A stretch of 62,407 nt of DNA, filler included. It is 5 parts of 5 records of this genome, joined end to end, with 100 filler letters (N's around TTAATTAATTAA, not from the genome) between each part and the next. Parts side by side here need not be neighbours in the genome. Positions count along the whole stretch, not along the records: positions 44,013 to 53,498 come from SRR20825010_1926; positions 53,599 to 59,116 come from SRR20825010_1928; positions 59,217 to 62,407 come from SRR20825010_1934; 2 more parts are not named here. The stretch is one strand, 5' to 3'. Positions 51,953 through 62,407 of this stretch are shown in pieces; positions within the stretch are counted from its first letter, which is position 1; each line of letters starts with the position of its first letter. A model generated the notes under the pieces. That model searched no databases. It worked only from the letters and a program-made list of their open reading frames with translations, and had not been told where the DNA came from. The position numbers and the translations under genes were made by a program.

Positions 51953-52708
51953 ATGTCCTCTCTGAAACTCAAAAGAAACCACTTGGCAACATCCGCATTA
52001 GCGATCGGACTCGCCCTTGGCACGCTCTTCGCTCCGGCCCTGTCGGCTGCCGCCCGAGCCGATGACACAGCTCCCCGCCGCAGCATGACGGTCAGCGGCA
52101 TCGGCGAAATGAGCGCCCGACCGGACATCGCCTATCTTGATTCCGGCGTTGTCAGCGAAGGCAAAACCGCAGCCGAGGCATTATCCGCCAACACCAAAGC
52201 CATGAACGCCATCTTCGCCGGACTTGAAGGCATGAAGATCGCGAAAGACGACATCCGCACATCGCAATTCTCGGTTCATCCCGTTTACAGCCAGTCCCCG
52301 CAAAAACCGGACGGCACGCGCGATGCGCCTGAGATACGCGGCTATCAGGTGACCAATCAGGTCACTGTAACCGTGCGCAAACTCGATGCACTGGGCAGCA
52401 TTCTCGACAAGCTGGTGACGTTGGGGTCCAACCGCGTGGACAGCATCCGCTTTGAAATCGAGAACCCGGAAGAACTGCTCGACAAAGCACGTGAAGCCGC
52501 CGTGCTCGACGCACTGCGCAAGGCAAAACTCTATGCCAACGCATCCGGCGTCGCACTCGGACCGGTCCTCAATATCTCGGAAGGCGGCGGCTACCAGCAG
52601 CCCGTCTATGTGAAGGCAATGGCCATGCGTGACAGCGAATCCGTGCCCATGGCCGCCGGCACACAGCAGGTCTCGGCGAGCGTGTCGCTGACCATCGGCA
52701 TCGAATAA
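51953..52708 (+). CDS. SIMPL (DUF541) domain periplasmic protein
   Basis: Signal peptide; VSGIGEMSARPDIA, GYQVTNQVTV, AVLDALRKAKLYA. Confidence 0.9.
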   Translation: MSSLKLKRNHLATSALAIGLALGTLFAPALSAAARADDTAPRRSMTVSGIGEMSARPDIAYLDSGVVSEGKTAAEALSANTKAMNAIFAGLEGMKIAKDDIRTSQFSVHPVYSQSPQKPDGTRDAPEIRGYQVTNQVTVTVRKLDALGSILDKLVTLGSNRVDSIRFEIENPEELLDKAREAAVLDALRKAKLYANASGVALGPVLNISEGGGYQQPVYVKAMAMRDSESVPMAAGTQQVSASVSLTIGIE

Positions 52709-52751
52709 AAGCCCGAAAACACTGCACTAAAACGAAAGCCTGTGGCCGCTC

Positions 52752-53164
52752 TTACGAGATGCAGCCGCAGGCTTTCGACGTTTTGAGGCAACGGCATTCG
52801 GGAACGCCTGCCGCGCAGACGGTGGCCAGATAATGGTCGAGCGCGGCAGACATGAGCGAGGCGCGCGAGACCTGCAATTGCGCAGCGGCAACCCGCATCC
52901 GGAAATGCTGTGCCTCTGAAATCCGCAAGGCGATCTTTACGCTGGCCGCAGACCCTTTCGGCGCGGCGACCGCCTGCATGGGTGGCGCTTCGGGGCGTGG
53001 CGTGACCGGCGGCTTGGGCATGGGAGGCGGCGGCGGCAATGCAACCTCGGTGGGCGTCGATTGCGGATGCCAACGCTCCAGCAAGGCGCGACGGTCTGCC
53101 GATGGCCCTGCCTCGCCCTTGCGAGCTAAAAGACTGCCGGTAATAGACGCGAATTTGGGCTGGC

Positions 53165-53168
<4 letters not shown>
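52752..53168 (-). CDS. Hypothetical protein with possible ribbon-helix-helix C-terminus
   Basis: ASITGSLLARKGEA N-terminus, Pro-rich linker, KIALRISEAQHFRMRVAAA...ALDHYL, Cys-rich tail. Confidence 0.65.
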
Positions 53169-53498
<330 letters not shown>

Positions 53499-53598
53499 NN
53501 NNNNNNNNNNNNNNNNNNNNNNNNNNNNNNNNNNNNNNNNNNTTAATTAATTAANNNNNNNNNNNNNNNNNNNNNNNNNNNNNNNNNNNNNNNNNNNN
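53499..53598. other. Artificial contig spacer
   Basis: N run with TTAATTAATTAA. Confidence 0.97.
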
Positions 53599-54927
53599 TT
53601 CTGGGTTGCCCGGATGATCATGATGACCCTGAAGTTCACCGATCAGGTGCCCTTCAAGAAGGTTTATGTGCACGGCCTGGTGCGCGACAACGACGGCCAG
53701 AAGATGTCCAAGTCCAAGGGCAATGTGCTCGATCCGCTGGACATGATCGACGGCATTACCCTGGATGCGCTGATCGACAAACGCACCAAAGGGCTGATGC
53801 AGCCGCAAAAAGAAAAGCAGATTACCAAGCGCACTCACAAGGATTTCCCGGACGGCATCAACCCCTACGGGACCGATGCCCTGCGTTTTACTTTCCTGTC
53901 ACTGGCCTCCACTGGCCGGGATATCAAGTGGGACATGGGCCGTATCGAAGGGTACCGGAACTTCTGCAACAAGATCTGGAATGCCGCCCGCTATGTGATG
54001 ATGAATACCGAAGGCGAAGATTGTGGCATCACTGCTGACAGCGACATCGAGCTGTCACTGGCGGACCGCTGGATTATCTCTGCCCTGCAACGGGCCGAAC
54101 AGGAAGTCAGCGACGCACTGGACAGCTTCCGCTTTGACGTGGCCAGTCATGCCGCCTACGAATTCATCTGGAATGAATACTGTGACTGGTATCTGGAGCT
54201 TTCCAAACCGGTGCTGTGGGGTGACGACTACTCCGAGGCCCAAAAGCGCGGCACCCGCCGCACCCTGGTCACCGTTCTGGAAGCCATCCTGCGGCTGGCC
54301 CACCCCTTCATGCCATTTATTACCGAAGAGATCTGGCAAAAGGTCGCCCCGCTGGCAGGCAAGGCAGCAGACAGTAAAGGGGAAACCAGCAACACCATCA
54401 TGCTGCAAGCCTTCCCGGCCAGTGACCCCGCCAAAATCGATACTGATGCTGAAACCGGTGCCGAATGGGTGAAAGCCGTGATTAGTGCTGTACGCAACAT
54501 TCGCGGCGAAATGGGTATCCCACTGGGCAAGGCGCTGCCAATCTACCTGCATAACGGCAAGGACTCCGACCAGGCCCTGCTGGAGGCCAACCGCGCCTTC
54601 CTGAGCAAGCTGGCCAAACTGGAATCCATTACCTGGCTGACAGCGGAAGATTCCGCCCCCGCCTCCGCCACGGCACTGGTGGGTGACATGGAAATTCTTG
54701 TGCCCATGGCCGGGCTGATCGACAAGGAAGCGGAAATAGAGCGGCTATCCAAGGAAACCGACAAACTGCGCAAGGAAGTGGGCCGCGCAGAAGGCAAGCT
54801 GAAGAATCCCAAGTTTGTCGATAAGGCGCCCCAGGCGGTGGTCGATAAGGAAAAAGCCAAGCTGGATGACTATCGCTCCCAACTGGCCAAGCTCGACGAG
54901 CAGCTGGAAAAAATCAAATACCTGTAA
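53599..54927 (+). CDS. valS: Valyl-tRNA synthetase, 5'-truncated
   Basis: [41 protein letters not shown]-terminal coiled coil. Confidence 0.96.
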   Translation, partial: FWVARMIMMTLKFTDQVPFKKVYVHGLVRDNDGQKMSKSKGNVLDPLDMIDGITLDALIDKRTKGLMQPQKEKQITKRTHKDFPDGINPYGTDALRFTFLSLASTGRDIKWDMGRIEGYRNFCNKIWNAARYVMMNTEGEDCGITADSDIELSLADRWIISALQRAEQEVSDALDSFRFDVASHAAYEFIWNEYCDWYLELSKPVLWGDDYSEAQKRGTRRTLVTVLEAILRLAHPFMPFITEEIWQKVAPLAGKAADSKGETSNTIMLQAFPASDPAKIDTDAETGAEWVKAVISAVRNIRGEMGIPLGKALPIYLHNGKDSDQALLEANRAFLSKLAKLESITWLTAEDSAPASATALVGDMEILVPMAGLIDKEAEIERLSKETDKLRKEVGRAEGKLKNPKFVDKAPQAVVDKEKAKLDDYRSQLAKLDEQLEKIKYL

Positions 54928-54938
54928 GGACGGCCATC

Positions 54939-55505
54939 ATGGATGATCCCCGCCGCGCCCGCATTCTCACCTGCGCCCAGGAAGTCTTCGCCAGCGAAGG
55001 CTTTCGCAGCGCCGAGGTGAAGACTATCGCCGAGCGGGCCGGCGTGGGCAAAGCCACCATCTATAAGTTTTTCCCTTCCAAGGAAGCCTTGCTGCTGACC
55101 ATTGTGAAGGAAAACCTGAACACCATCCGCGACCTGATCCTGTCCGAACTGATCAGTGTTGCGCCTCCCCTAGAGCGGCTGGAAAGCCTGTGCCGAGCCG
55201 TGGCTCGCTATCTGGAACAGAATCAGGATTTTTCCCGGGTGCTGATTCAGGAGGCAGGTGATTTCATGGGCGACATCCAGCGCCAGTATCTGGCACTGAT
55301 GGAACAAAACCTGCCCGTGGCCGATGCTTTTTTCAATGAACTGCGCAAAGACGGCTATTTTGTTGCCCTGCCTACTCGCGATACGATTCTGATGATGGTA
55401 AACCTTGTCACCGGAACCACGTATACATGGGCCCTCACAGGAGAGGGCAGCCTCGAACAACAAGCCGCAGACTACATGAAGGTGTTGATCCGCGGCCTCA
55501 GATAG
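54939..55505 (+). CDS. TetR/AcrR family regulator
   Basis: IAERAGVGKATIYKFFPSKEAL. Confidence 0.9.
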   Translation: MDDPRRARILTCAQEVFASEGFRSAEVKTIAERAGVGKATIYKFFPSKEALLLTIVKENLNTIRDLILSELISVAPPLERLESLCRAVARYLEQNQDFSRVLIQEAGDFMGDIQRQYLALMEQNLPVADAFFNELRKDGYFVALPTRDTILMMVNLVTGTTYTWALTGEGSLEQQAADYMKVLIRGLR

Positions 55506-55519
55506 GACGAGCCGAGATC

Positions 55520-56311
55520 ATGCGACTTTTGGTTATCTTTACCGCGTTGCTTTCCACCACCCTGATTCACGCCGGAACGCTCGATCAGCTGACCGACGCC
55601 CCTCACCGCACCCCACAGGAAAAGGCCCGTGACGAATATCGCCACCCGGTGGAAACCCTGAAATTTTTCGATGTCGAAAAAGACATGACAGTGGTTGAGA
55701 TATGGCCCGGCGGTGGCTGGTACACCGCCATTCTCGCCCCCTGGCTTTACAAGTCCGGCACCTATTACGCCGCCCACTTTCCTGAAGACAGTGACATCCC
55801 GTTCTATCGCCGCTCGGTGACCCAGTTCAAGACCAAGCTGGCAGAACACCCGGAGATTTACGACCATGTTCGGGTCACGGCACTCAACCCCCCCGCTTAC
55901 ACTGTTATCGCCCCGGCAGGCACCGCAGACCGCGTGCTGACCTTTCGCAACGTGCACAACTGGGCAAAAGCCGGGAAGACCGAAGCGGTGTTTGCCAGCT
56001 TTTACCAGGCCCTAAAACCCGGCGGCATTCTCGGTATCGTGGAGCATCGTGCACCGGAGGTCCGCCCGCTGGAAAGACAAATCGAAACGGGCTACATGAG
56101 CGAGGGATACGTGATTGCCCAAGCCGAGCAGGCCGGGTTCAAGCTGGTGGATCAATCGGAAATTAACGCCAACCCCAAAGATCAGGCAAACCACCCGGCC
56201 GGGGTCTGGACACTGCCCCCCAGCCTGCGTCTTGGCGACAAGGACCGGGACACCTATGAAGCAATCGGGGAAAGTGACCGGATGACACTGAAGTTTATCA
56301 AGCCGGAGTAA
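55520..56311 (+). CDS. Secreted class I SAM-dependent methyltransferase-like protein
   Basis: Signal peptide; RDEYRHP, VEIWPGGGWYT, FRNVHNW, ANPKD, GESDRMTLKF. Confidence 0.85.
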   Translation: MRLLVIFTALLSTTLIHAGTLDQLTDAPHRTPQEKARDEYRHPVETLKFFDVEKDMTVVEIWPGGGWYTAILAPWLYKSGTYYAAHFPEDSDIPFYRRSVTQFKTKLAEHPEIYDHVRVTALNPPAYTVIAPAGTADRVLTFRNVHNWAKAGKTEAVFASFYQALKPGGILGIVEHRAPEVRPLERQIETGYMSEGYVIAQAEQAGFKLVDQSEINANPKDQANHPAGVWTLPPSLRLGDKDRDTYEAIGESDRMTLKFIKPE

Positions 56312-56329
56312 CCCGGCTCGATAGAATCG

Positions 56330-57013
56330 TTACGGCGCCGGGCGCTCCAGCATGCCCGGCGTGACTTCACCCAGCACCAGAGATTCGGCCACCCCCACCG
56401 CCACCCGCAAGCACTGGTCGAGACGTTCCTGGGAAAAACCACCATCCTCGAAAATGTAGAGCGAGTAATTTTCCAGCATCCATAGCATGGTCAGGAAAAC
56501 CAGCGGCTCGTAGTTCTTACCGGTATACCGATTGATCTGTACCGCAAGGACTTCCGACGCCAGCGTCTGGGCACGAGTACGGTGTGGCGCAAGGGCCGAA
56601 TCAGAAGAACGGGCCTCTTCCATCATCAGTTTGATCACCGGCCCCATGCTCACGTGATAATCGAAATACACCTTGGTGGTGTTGCGGATGATGTCATTGG
56701 CAGACGATGCCTGCTTCACCTCTTTGTGAAAGTGCAGCAGCATGTTATCCACAAAAATACGATAAATGCTTTCCAGCACATCCATCTTGTTGCGGAAGTA
56801 CTTGTAGAAAGTACGGCGCGACACGTCAGACGCATCCAGCAGGTGTTGAACTGTCGTACGCTGCAACCCGCGCTGAGCAAAAACCTGCATTGAGTGGATC
56901 AGGATTTCCGCCCTCGCCTGGGAGCGTTGCCCCCCTTCTTCGCGGGCATGCACTTCCAACACCTGATTCACCACCTGGCGAATCGCATCAATGTCACTGC
57001 TTCCTGTCTGCAC
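56330..57013 (-). CDS. TetR/AcrR family regulator
   Basis: TTVQHLLDASDVSRRTFYKYFRNK. Confidence 0.88.
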   Translation of the reverse strand: MQTGSSDIDAIRQVVNQVLEVHAREEGGQRSQARAEILIHSMQVFAQRGLQRTTVQHLLDASDVSRRTFYKYFRNKMDVLESIYRIFVDNMLLHFHKEVKQASSANDIIRNTTKVYFDYHVSMGPVIKLMMEEARSSDSALAPHRTRAQTLASEVLAVQINRYTGKNYEPLVFLTMLWMLENYSLYIFEDGGFSQERLDQCLRVAVGVAESLVLGEVTPGMLERPAP

Positions 57014-57090
57014 CTGACAAATACCCCTTACAATGTATACTTTGCGGTAGCTTAACCAACGGTCATCACAGAGTAAACACCGAGTTTATC

Positions 57091-57291
57091 CTAGGCCATG
57101 ACCGTTCCGCTCACCGCTTCAGGGTCTCTGCGACGCTTCCAGACCTTTTCGTGGAAGTGGTAAGCCACCGTATTCACACAAGGTTCCACCAACGCCGTCA
57201 AACCACCAATACGCCAGTCACCGGTCATCGCCCAGACGACCAGAAACGCCACTGAAATATGCATTACTCCGAAACTGATTGTCTTGGCCAT
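57091..57291 (-). CDS. DUF2061 family membrane protein
   Basis: MAKTISFGVMH...EPCVNTVAYHFHEKVW; AGGAGG RBS. Confidence 0.85.
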   Translation of the reverse strand: MAKTISFGVMHISVAFLVVWAMTGDWRIGGLTALVEPCVNTVAYHFHEKVWKRRRDPEAVSGTVMA

Positions 57292-57486
57292 GAGACGCCC
57301 TCCTTTTTGACTATCATCCCCAACCCCGAACCTATAGAGAAATACTATTCCCATATCTCAACAATAGTTAATAGCAATCATTATCACTACGCGATTATCA
57401 AGGATTGTTAACTTGCCCCCTAAATCATGCGCCAGTCACGCTCTGTGCTTTACTCTATGGCATCCGCCAACGACAGGGTTTACACC

Positions 57487-58389
57487 ATGAGCAAGAAAGC
57501 CTTACTGATTCTCCACGGTAAACAGGCCGCGAATCAGGCCGTTCGCGACGCGGTTATGAACTGGCGTGATCAGGGCCACGAACTGGCAGTTCGAGTCACC
57601 TGGGAAGGCGGCGACGCCGAGCGTTATGTGCAGGAAGCCCTGAATAACGGCTTTACAACGCTCATTGCCGGCGGTGGTGACGGATCCGTACGCGACATCA
57701 CGCAGGCGTTGATGGAAAGCGGCCAGCAAGATCTGGAACTGGCGATCCTCCCACTAGGCACGGCTAACGATTTTGCCACTGCTGCGGAGATTCCCGTAGA
57801 GCCGGCAGACAACCTCCGCTTGCTTGAAAACACCCCACACCCCTGCGATGTCATACAGGTTAACGACCATTATTTCCTCAATATGGCCACCGGTGGTTTC
57901 GGCACGGAAGTAACAACTCAGACATCGGAAGATCTGAAGAAAATGCTTGGCGGGGCAGCCTACCTGCTCACCGGTCTGAGCCGATTCTCTGAAATCGAAT
58001 CCGCCAAAGGCCAGTTCAAAGGCGAAGGCTTTGAATGGGAAGGCGAATTTCTCGCCCTGGGGCTCGGCAATGGCCGCCAGGCAGGTGGTGGACAGCGTCT
58101 ATGCCCTGACGCCCTGGTCAATAATGGTCTGTTCGATGTGGCGATCCTGCCCGCAGACATGGACTTGCTCGCTGGCGTGAAAGAACTATTCGACAGCGAA
58201 GCCCGCCAGGACCCCAACCAGGAAGGGTTATTTATACGCACCCGACTCAGTGAAATGCACATTGAAACACCGACGCCAATGAACCTGAATCTGGATGGCG
58301 AACCCATTCAAAATACCACCTTTCACATCCGCTCTATTCCAAATGCATTGCGTCTGTACCTGCCAGAAAGCAGTCCACTACTAGGCTGA
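57487..58389 (+). CDS. yegS: Lipid kinase
   Basis: LILHGK, VRVTWE, GGGDGS, PLGTANDF, NMATGGFG, GNGRQAGGG, NLDGEP. Confidence 0.9.
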   Translation: MSKKALLILHGKQAANQAVRDAVMNWRDQGHELAVRVTWEGGDAERYVQEALNNGFTTLIAGGGDGSVRDITQALMESGQQDLELAILPLGTANDFATAAEIPVEPADNLRLLENTPHPCDVIQVNDHYFLNMATGGFGTEVTTQTSEDLKKMLGGAAYLLTGLSRFSEIESAKGQFKGEGFEWEGEFLALGLGNGRQAGGGQRLCPDALVNNGLFDVAILPADMDLLAGVKELFDSEARQDPNQEGLFIRTRLSEMHIETPTPMNLNLDGEPIQNTTFHIRSIPNALRLYLPESSPLLG

Positions 58390-58917
58390 TGCTTGCTGAC
58401 CGCCACAACGCTGGACAAACTCCCGAACTTTCTGGCGACGTTGATCCAGCTTGTGGCCGTACAGGGGGAAATGCTCCCACACGGCCAGGTCCTTGACGCC
58501 ATAACGACGTGTTGCCACTGCCACCACCATCATTCCGGTTCGAATGACTCCCATCTCACAGTGCACCAGACAGCGGCTTCCCCCGCGATCAATCTCATCC
58601 ATAAACTGCAGGATCTGCGCTTCCGTTGGTGGTGTGTCCTGAGCCATGGGGATGTTGACCAGCTTCAAGTCATGGCGACGACAGTAAGTGAGCTGCCGTT
58701 CATACCAACCTTTCTTGCTGTACTCGGACTCCAGGCGCAAATTGACAATCGTGTTGACCCGTAATATTCGATGCATGATGCGCAAGCCGACAGGCCCCAA
58801 GGTACCACTACGGTAAAGCTTGCCGGGTTTGACCACACGAAAGTGATACATCAGCTTGCGATACCGGTAAATAAATAAAACCACAAGAAGGACCGCAATG
58901 ACGATATAAAACAGCAT
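58381..58917 (-). CDS. Tyrosine/dual-specificity phosphatase family protein
   Basis: N-terminal TM helix, LYRSG, VNLR, CX5R loop HCEMGVIRTG. Confidence 0.85.
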   Translation of the reverse strand: MLFYIVIAVLLVVLFIYRYRKLMYHFRVVKPGKLYRSGTLGPVGLRIMHRILRVNTIVNLRLESEYSKKGWYERQLTYCRRHDLKLVNIPMAQDTPPTEAQILQFMDEIDRGGSRCLVHCEMGVIRTGMMVVAVATRRYGVKDLAVWEHFPLYGHKLDQRRQKVREFVQRCGGQQASA

Positions 58918-59045
58918 GGCAACGACTCCGCAACGTGGATATCGCTACAGTGTGGTGGGTCTTTTTGGCAAGGGTATGACAGAGGTTGTGGGGTCAGGCA
59001 GCGCCAGCTTGTGGCAGGAAGCGCGCTCCTGCCCGGCCTGAACAC

Positions 59046-59080
59046 AAAAAACCCCCGACGCTTGCGCGACGAGGGTTCTT
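59046..59080 (-). terminator. rRNA operon terminator
   Basis: GC-rich hairpin followed by a U run on the minus strand, just downstream of 5S. Confidence 0.7.
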
Positions 59081-59092
59081 TGTTTGTTTAAG

Positions 59093-59116
59093 AGCCTGAC
59101 GATGACCTACTCTCAC
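59093..59116 (-). rRNA. rrf: 5S rRNA, 3' end only
   Basis: Reverse complement GTGAGAGTAGGTCATCGTCAGGC matches the gammaproteobacterial 5S 3' end; contig breaks here. Confidence 0.8.
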
Positions 59117-59216
59117 NNNNNNNNNNNNNNNNNNNNNNNNNNNNNNNNNNNNNNNNNNNNTTAATTAATTAANNNNNNNNNNNNNNNNNNNNNNNNNNNN
59201 NNNNNNNNNNNNNNNN
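59117..59216. other. Artificial contig spacer
   Basis: N run with TTAATTAATTAA. Confidence 0.97.
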
Positions 59217-59368
59217 CTCCGGGAAGCCGAAGTCCATCTCGCCCAGAGGATGACGATTCCCCTGATGTGGAAAATGAGAATCCACCAGCAGACTTACTAT
59301 AAGTAGCGGCGTGAATACGGTGATTTGCGGATGACTCAAGCCAGTCGACCTGAGTATCTGGCAGGAGA
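59217..59368 (+). pseudogene. IS3-family transposase OrfA remnant
   Basis: Hand translation LREAEVHLAQRMTIPLMWKMRIHQQTYYK*RREYGDLRMTQASR; TAG at 59304 replaces the Trp of TYYxWRxxYG. Confidence 0.75.
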
Positions 59369-59935
59369 TATAGTGTATTTTACCTGTTACAATTATAAGT
59401 GGCTCGAATCATAATCGATTGGAAATGTGAACTCGAATTGGAAGAATGAAAACAAGAATCCCAATTATTACAGAAGGCGGTATCGGAAAAGGAATGCTTT
59501 GACACGACTGATTGGTCAATCGGTGTCCTATATTCACAGTTAGACTATCTCTGCTTCGACGATTCAATATTTCTGGACACTTCAGTCGCGCGATTGAAGT
59601 AATAATAATCCTGTTCTAATAGAGACCAGTTTTCTTTACTGCTGACGAAAAAGTATTTTAATTTCGCTGACAGCCAAATCGTATCCAGTACGTGTCGATT
59701 AATTTGATGAGAGACTGATTCTCTAGCTGTCCGCGAAAACAGTTATAACACAGACTACTTCTGAACCTTAAATACTCATTCGTCTTTTAGAATTAGAGCT
59801 CTTTTTTCGTACAACTTGACAGTATTATGATCTGTCTCAGGAATCACATTATACAAAATCATTACCGATGAGATTTGCAGTTAATTCAGAATCTGTAATC
59901 AACGTCTATATAAAAAACAGGACTAAAGGTTTGAA

Positions 59936-60718
59936 CTATCGGTTTGTTGGAAATGAGCCACCGGTTCTCAGAATCTCTTCTGTTGCTTTATCCATTTTTC
60001 GAGTCCGCTCCTGGTACTCCAGCTCTGCTTCGTCTTTGATAACCAGTCCCGAGAGCGGGGTGTTTGAGAGTAACTGTTTCGATTTGTCGACCACAAACTT
60101 CCCCGCATCGTAGGTGTGGCCGCCGATGGTTCTGAAAACTCGCGATGTCGTTTTGGGGACGCCTGTTTTGCCGATGAGTCCGACGGTCGCTTTGGCGGTT
60201 CCCGTGGTGACATTTTTAAATGTTGCTCCGAGGGGAAGATGATTTTTGTAAGAGACTTTCGCACCCCCGTCATGTGCGAATGTGACCAGGATCCGGCTTT
60301 TTCCGTAGCGATATTCAATCATGTCTTTGGAATAGATCACTTCCGGTGCCCCAGGCAACATCTGTACATCCGCATAAACGCGGCATTTGGTTTTCGGATG
60401 ATTCGCCACGATGATCGAAGGGCCACCTGGGATAAAGGGACCCTGGAACTGACGATCTCCCGTATAATAGTAGCGATGCACGAGCACAGTGGGCGGAATC
60501 TCGATCTTCGCGCCGTCGCTGTCCGATTCGACCAGCACAGCCGGGATGCCATCGGAACTGACGCCGGGCAGAATGACATCAATCTCCTGAGTCGCTGGCA
60601 CCGGCGCTTTCTGCTCGGCATCAACCGTTTCAATCAAGTGCAACAGCGCCATCCAGAACACGCCCGCATAGATCAAATTCGCCTTCAAAATTTCAGTTAA
60701 ATTCGTTCTCTGGAACAT
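59936..60718 (-). CDS. Hypothetical exported protein (planctomycete-like)
   Basis: Hydrophobic N-terminus; IPPTVLVHRYYYTGDRQFQGP...GGPSIIVANHP. Confidence 0.7.
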   Translation of the reverse strand: MFQRTNLTEILKANLIYAGVFWMALLHLIETVDAEQKAPVPATQEIDVILPGVSSDGIPAVLVESDSDGAKIEIPPTVLVHRYYYTGDRQFQGPFIPGGPSIIVANHPKTKCRVYADVQMLPGAPEVIYSKDMIEYRYGKSRILVTFAHDGGAKVSYKNHLPLGATFKNVTTGTAKATVGLIGKTGVPKTTSRVFRTIGGHTYDAGKFVVDKSKQLLSNTPLSGLVIKDEAELEYQERTRKMDKATEEILRTGGSFPTNR

Positions 60719-60775
60719 CCGTTTTTCCTCAAACTGTTATTGATCATATCGCTTTGCAGAAAGATTCAGTGCCGG

Positions 60776-61456
60776 TTACTTCAGGTAATAGAATTCTATT
60801 TCCACAAGATTGATTCGGTCATAAAATTCTTGCAGATTTCGTTCGAACTCAGTCCGTTTATCCCAATTACTGGTAAATTGTCGGGTGGCAGGCTCACCGC
60901 TTTTGACCCAGAACAAGGGGACGTCATAGGCTGCCAGCAGGGATTTTCGTTGCTGATTCTTTACGTCTCGCGCATAGCAGCGAATTCCCAGATGGAAGCG
61001 CCCCCCTTTGAGGTATTGCTGAAAATTGGGTTGATTGCCGAGCGCCTGTTGGATCGCCGTGAATGCCTCGCCACGAGTCGGGTTAAAGTGTGCATTCACT
61101 GCCAGATTCCAATCACCGGTTTCCTGGAAGCGAAAATCGGTTTGGGTCAACACAGCCGGAAGCACCAAGGAGAGTTGATCGGAGCGATGAAAATAGCGTG
61201 TTTTGGTTTTTGTAAGGATCTGGTTTGTTTTCGTGTCAATTTCTTCGACTGCTAAAATGACCTGTTCGGTTAATTCGACCCGACTCCGTGCCGACGTGGA
61301 TTGTGTGTCATAGTCATAATTATTCGGGAGTCCACAGGTACGAGTAGGAACGCGCCGGGGAAACAATTCACTGAAAGCGGTGCCTGTCACGATCACCGCC
61401 ATGCACAGAAAACTAAGTCTCACCAGCGAAGATTTACTTAATAATTTGATACTCAT
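60776..61456 (-). CDS. Hypothetical exported protein
   Basis: 226 aa, signal-like N-terminus, beta-rich C-terminus. Confidence 0.7.
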   Translation of the reverse strand: MSIKLLSKSSLVRLSFLCMAVIVTGTAFSELFPRRVPTRTCGLPNNYDYDTQSTSARSRVELTEQVILAVEEIDTKTNQILTKTKTRYFHRSDQLSLVLPAVLTQTDFRFQETGDWNLAVNAHFNPTRGEAFTAIQQALGNQPNFQQYLKGGRFHLGIRCYARDVKNQQRKSLLAAYDVPLFWVKSGEPATRQFTSNWDKRTEFERNLQEFYDRINLVEIEFYYLK

Positions 61457-61518
61457 GTTTGACTCTTATGTTCAAGCGAATGGATAATTTATCAGTGCAA
61501 TATATTTGGTGAGCTGGT

Positions 61519-62407
61519 TTAGTTCTTGAAAAGCGACTTAAATCGAGAGACGGACCGTTTATAGATACTCGGTTGCTCTGCCTGCGATGGTGGTGCCGCT
61601 GGTTGCGCGGGTGCTTGGGGAGTAACTCCATCTGGGCGGGTAAATCCAGGTTGCGCGGGAGCCTCTGTGTTTCTACTTAATCTCCTGGGAGAAGAAATCT
61701 GAAACTCCTGCTTCGAATTATCAAAGGTGGTTGCATTCCGTTTTGTAGACGAACCGGTAGCGGTCCAGGAGGCTGGCTGAATGCTGTGATCCCGAATCGG
61801 AATTGCAGACGTTTCCGGAGACGCGTTTGAAGGAATCGGCGGCAGTGAAGGAAACTCAGGTGCTGATGGGTTGACGGGAACGGCCCGGTCTGTGTCTCTC
61901 AGTCCATCGCGGTTCGAACGGGGAATAAATCGTTCGGCTGGATTTTGCTGCTCGGGATGGAAGTTTTCCTGCAGGTGACTTTGTTTGAGATTTAATCCCG
62001 GGCCCATGTAGCCATTAGGATGGACATCGGGAATGGTTTCTTGAGTACGATACAAGTCGGAGCGTCGTTCCGGTTCTTTGATCTGCAGGAACTGATCGAC
62101 CTGCGAACCAGCATAGTCATACACACGATTCTTCAGGAAGCGATCACGGCCTTTGGAGATGAACTCGCGATTGGTCAGTTCCAGCGGTCCGACATCAGCG
62201 ACCGCAGGAGCCCAACGCAGGCCCATCAGATCAAACAGTGTGGGGTAGATCACGGCCTGGCTCATGATCTGACTTTGTTGTAAAGCGCTTTCTGAACTCG
62301 GCGTAGGACGAAAAAGAACACCAACACCCGGCACATCCGAGAGCAGGGGGACGCCGTTGGCAGTCCGTGATGCTTTCAAGGCGATCACAAAGCGGCTGAT
62401 TTCACGG
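61519..62407 (-). CDS. C-terminal part of a large protein with a secretin-like motif, truncated by window end
   Basis: Frame open to 62407; GVPLLSDVPGVGVLFR, then a long Pro/Ser/Gln-rich tail. Confidence 0.65.
   Translation of the reverse strand, partial: REISRFVIALKASRTANGVPLLSDVPGVGVLFRPTPSSESALQQSQIMSQAVIYPTLFDLMGLRWAPAVADVGPLELTNREFISKGRDRFLKNRVYDYAGSQVDQFLQIKEPERRSDLYRTQETIPDVHPNGYMGPGLNLKQSHLQENFHPEQQNPAERFIPRSNRDGLRDTDRAVPVNPSAPEFPSLPPIPSNASPETSAIPIRDHSIQPASWTATGSSTKRNATTFDNSKQEFQISSPRRLSRNTEAPAQPGFTRPDGVTPQAPAQPAAPPSQAEQPSIYKRSVSRFKSLFKN

Noticed and set aside
59217-59260. IS200/IS605 right end or omega-RNA (GGGAAGCC motif)
   Set aside because: Better explained as IS3 OrfA coding sequence (LREAEV); no tnpB nearby.

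Overview
This window is not one locus. It is five unrelated contigs joined by artificial N44-TTAATTAATTAA-N44 spacers, so gene order across the spacers means nothing. Taxon labels are inferred from protein families and base composition. (A) 1-27394 is an AT-rich Flavobacteriaceae housekeeping region: tRNA-Arg, apt, GS-III, purM, prfA, pyrF, icmF, crcB, DPP3, ilvE, mnmD. It also carries an orphan gene with a phased 21-bp array between purM and prfA, a leader-peptide attenuator in front of an MFS transporter, and a poly-Gly lipoprotein with a structured leader. (B) 27495-43912 is a second Flavobacteriaceae contig: rsmA, mgtE, lysC, fbp and the exonuclease-ligase-Lhr DNA repair operon. That operon is interrupted by a GIY-YIG nuclease flanked by REP-like inverted repeats, and a related palindrome sits in-frame inside the ligase. 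(C) 44013-53498 is alphaproteobacterial: an aromatic meta-cleavage cluster beside tRNA-Ile2, containing a three-gene deletion scar. (D) 53599-59116 is gammaproteobacterial: valS through yegS, ending in the 3' end of a 5S rRNA. (E) 59217-62407 is planctomycete-like: an IS3 remnant, two hypotheticals and a partial secretin-motif protein. The best candidates for undescribed systems are the GIY-YIG/REP mobile unit, the orphan helical protein with its 21-bp array, and the KRKCRRC leader attenuator.
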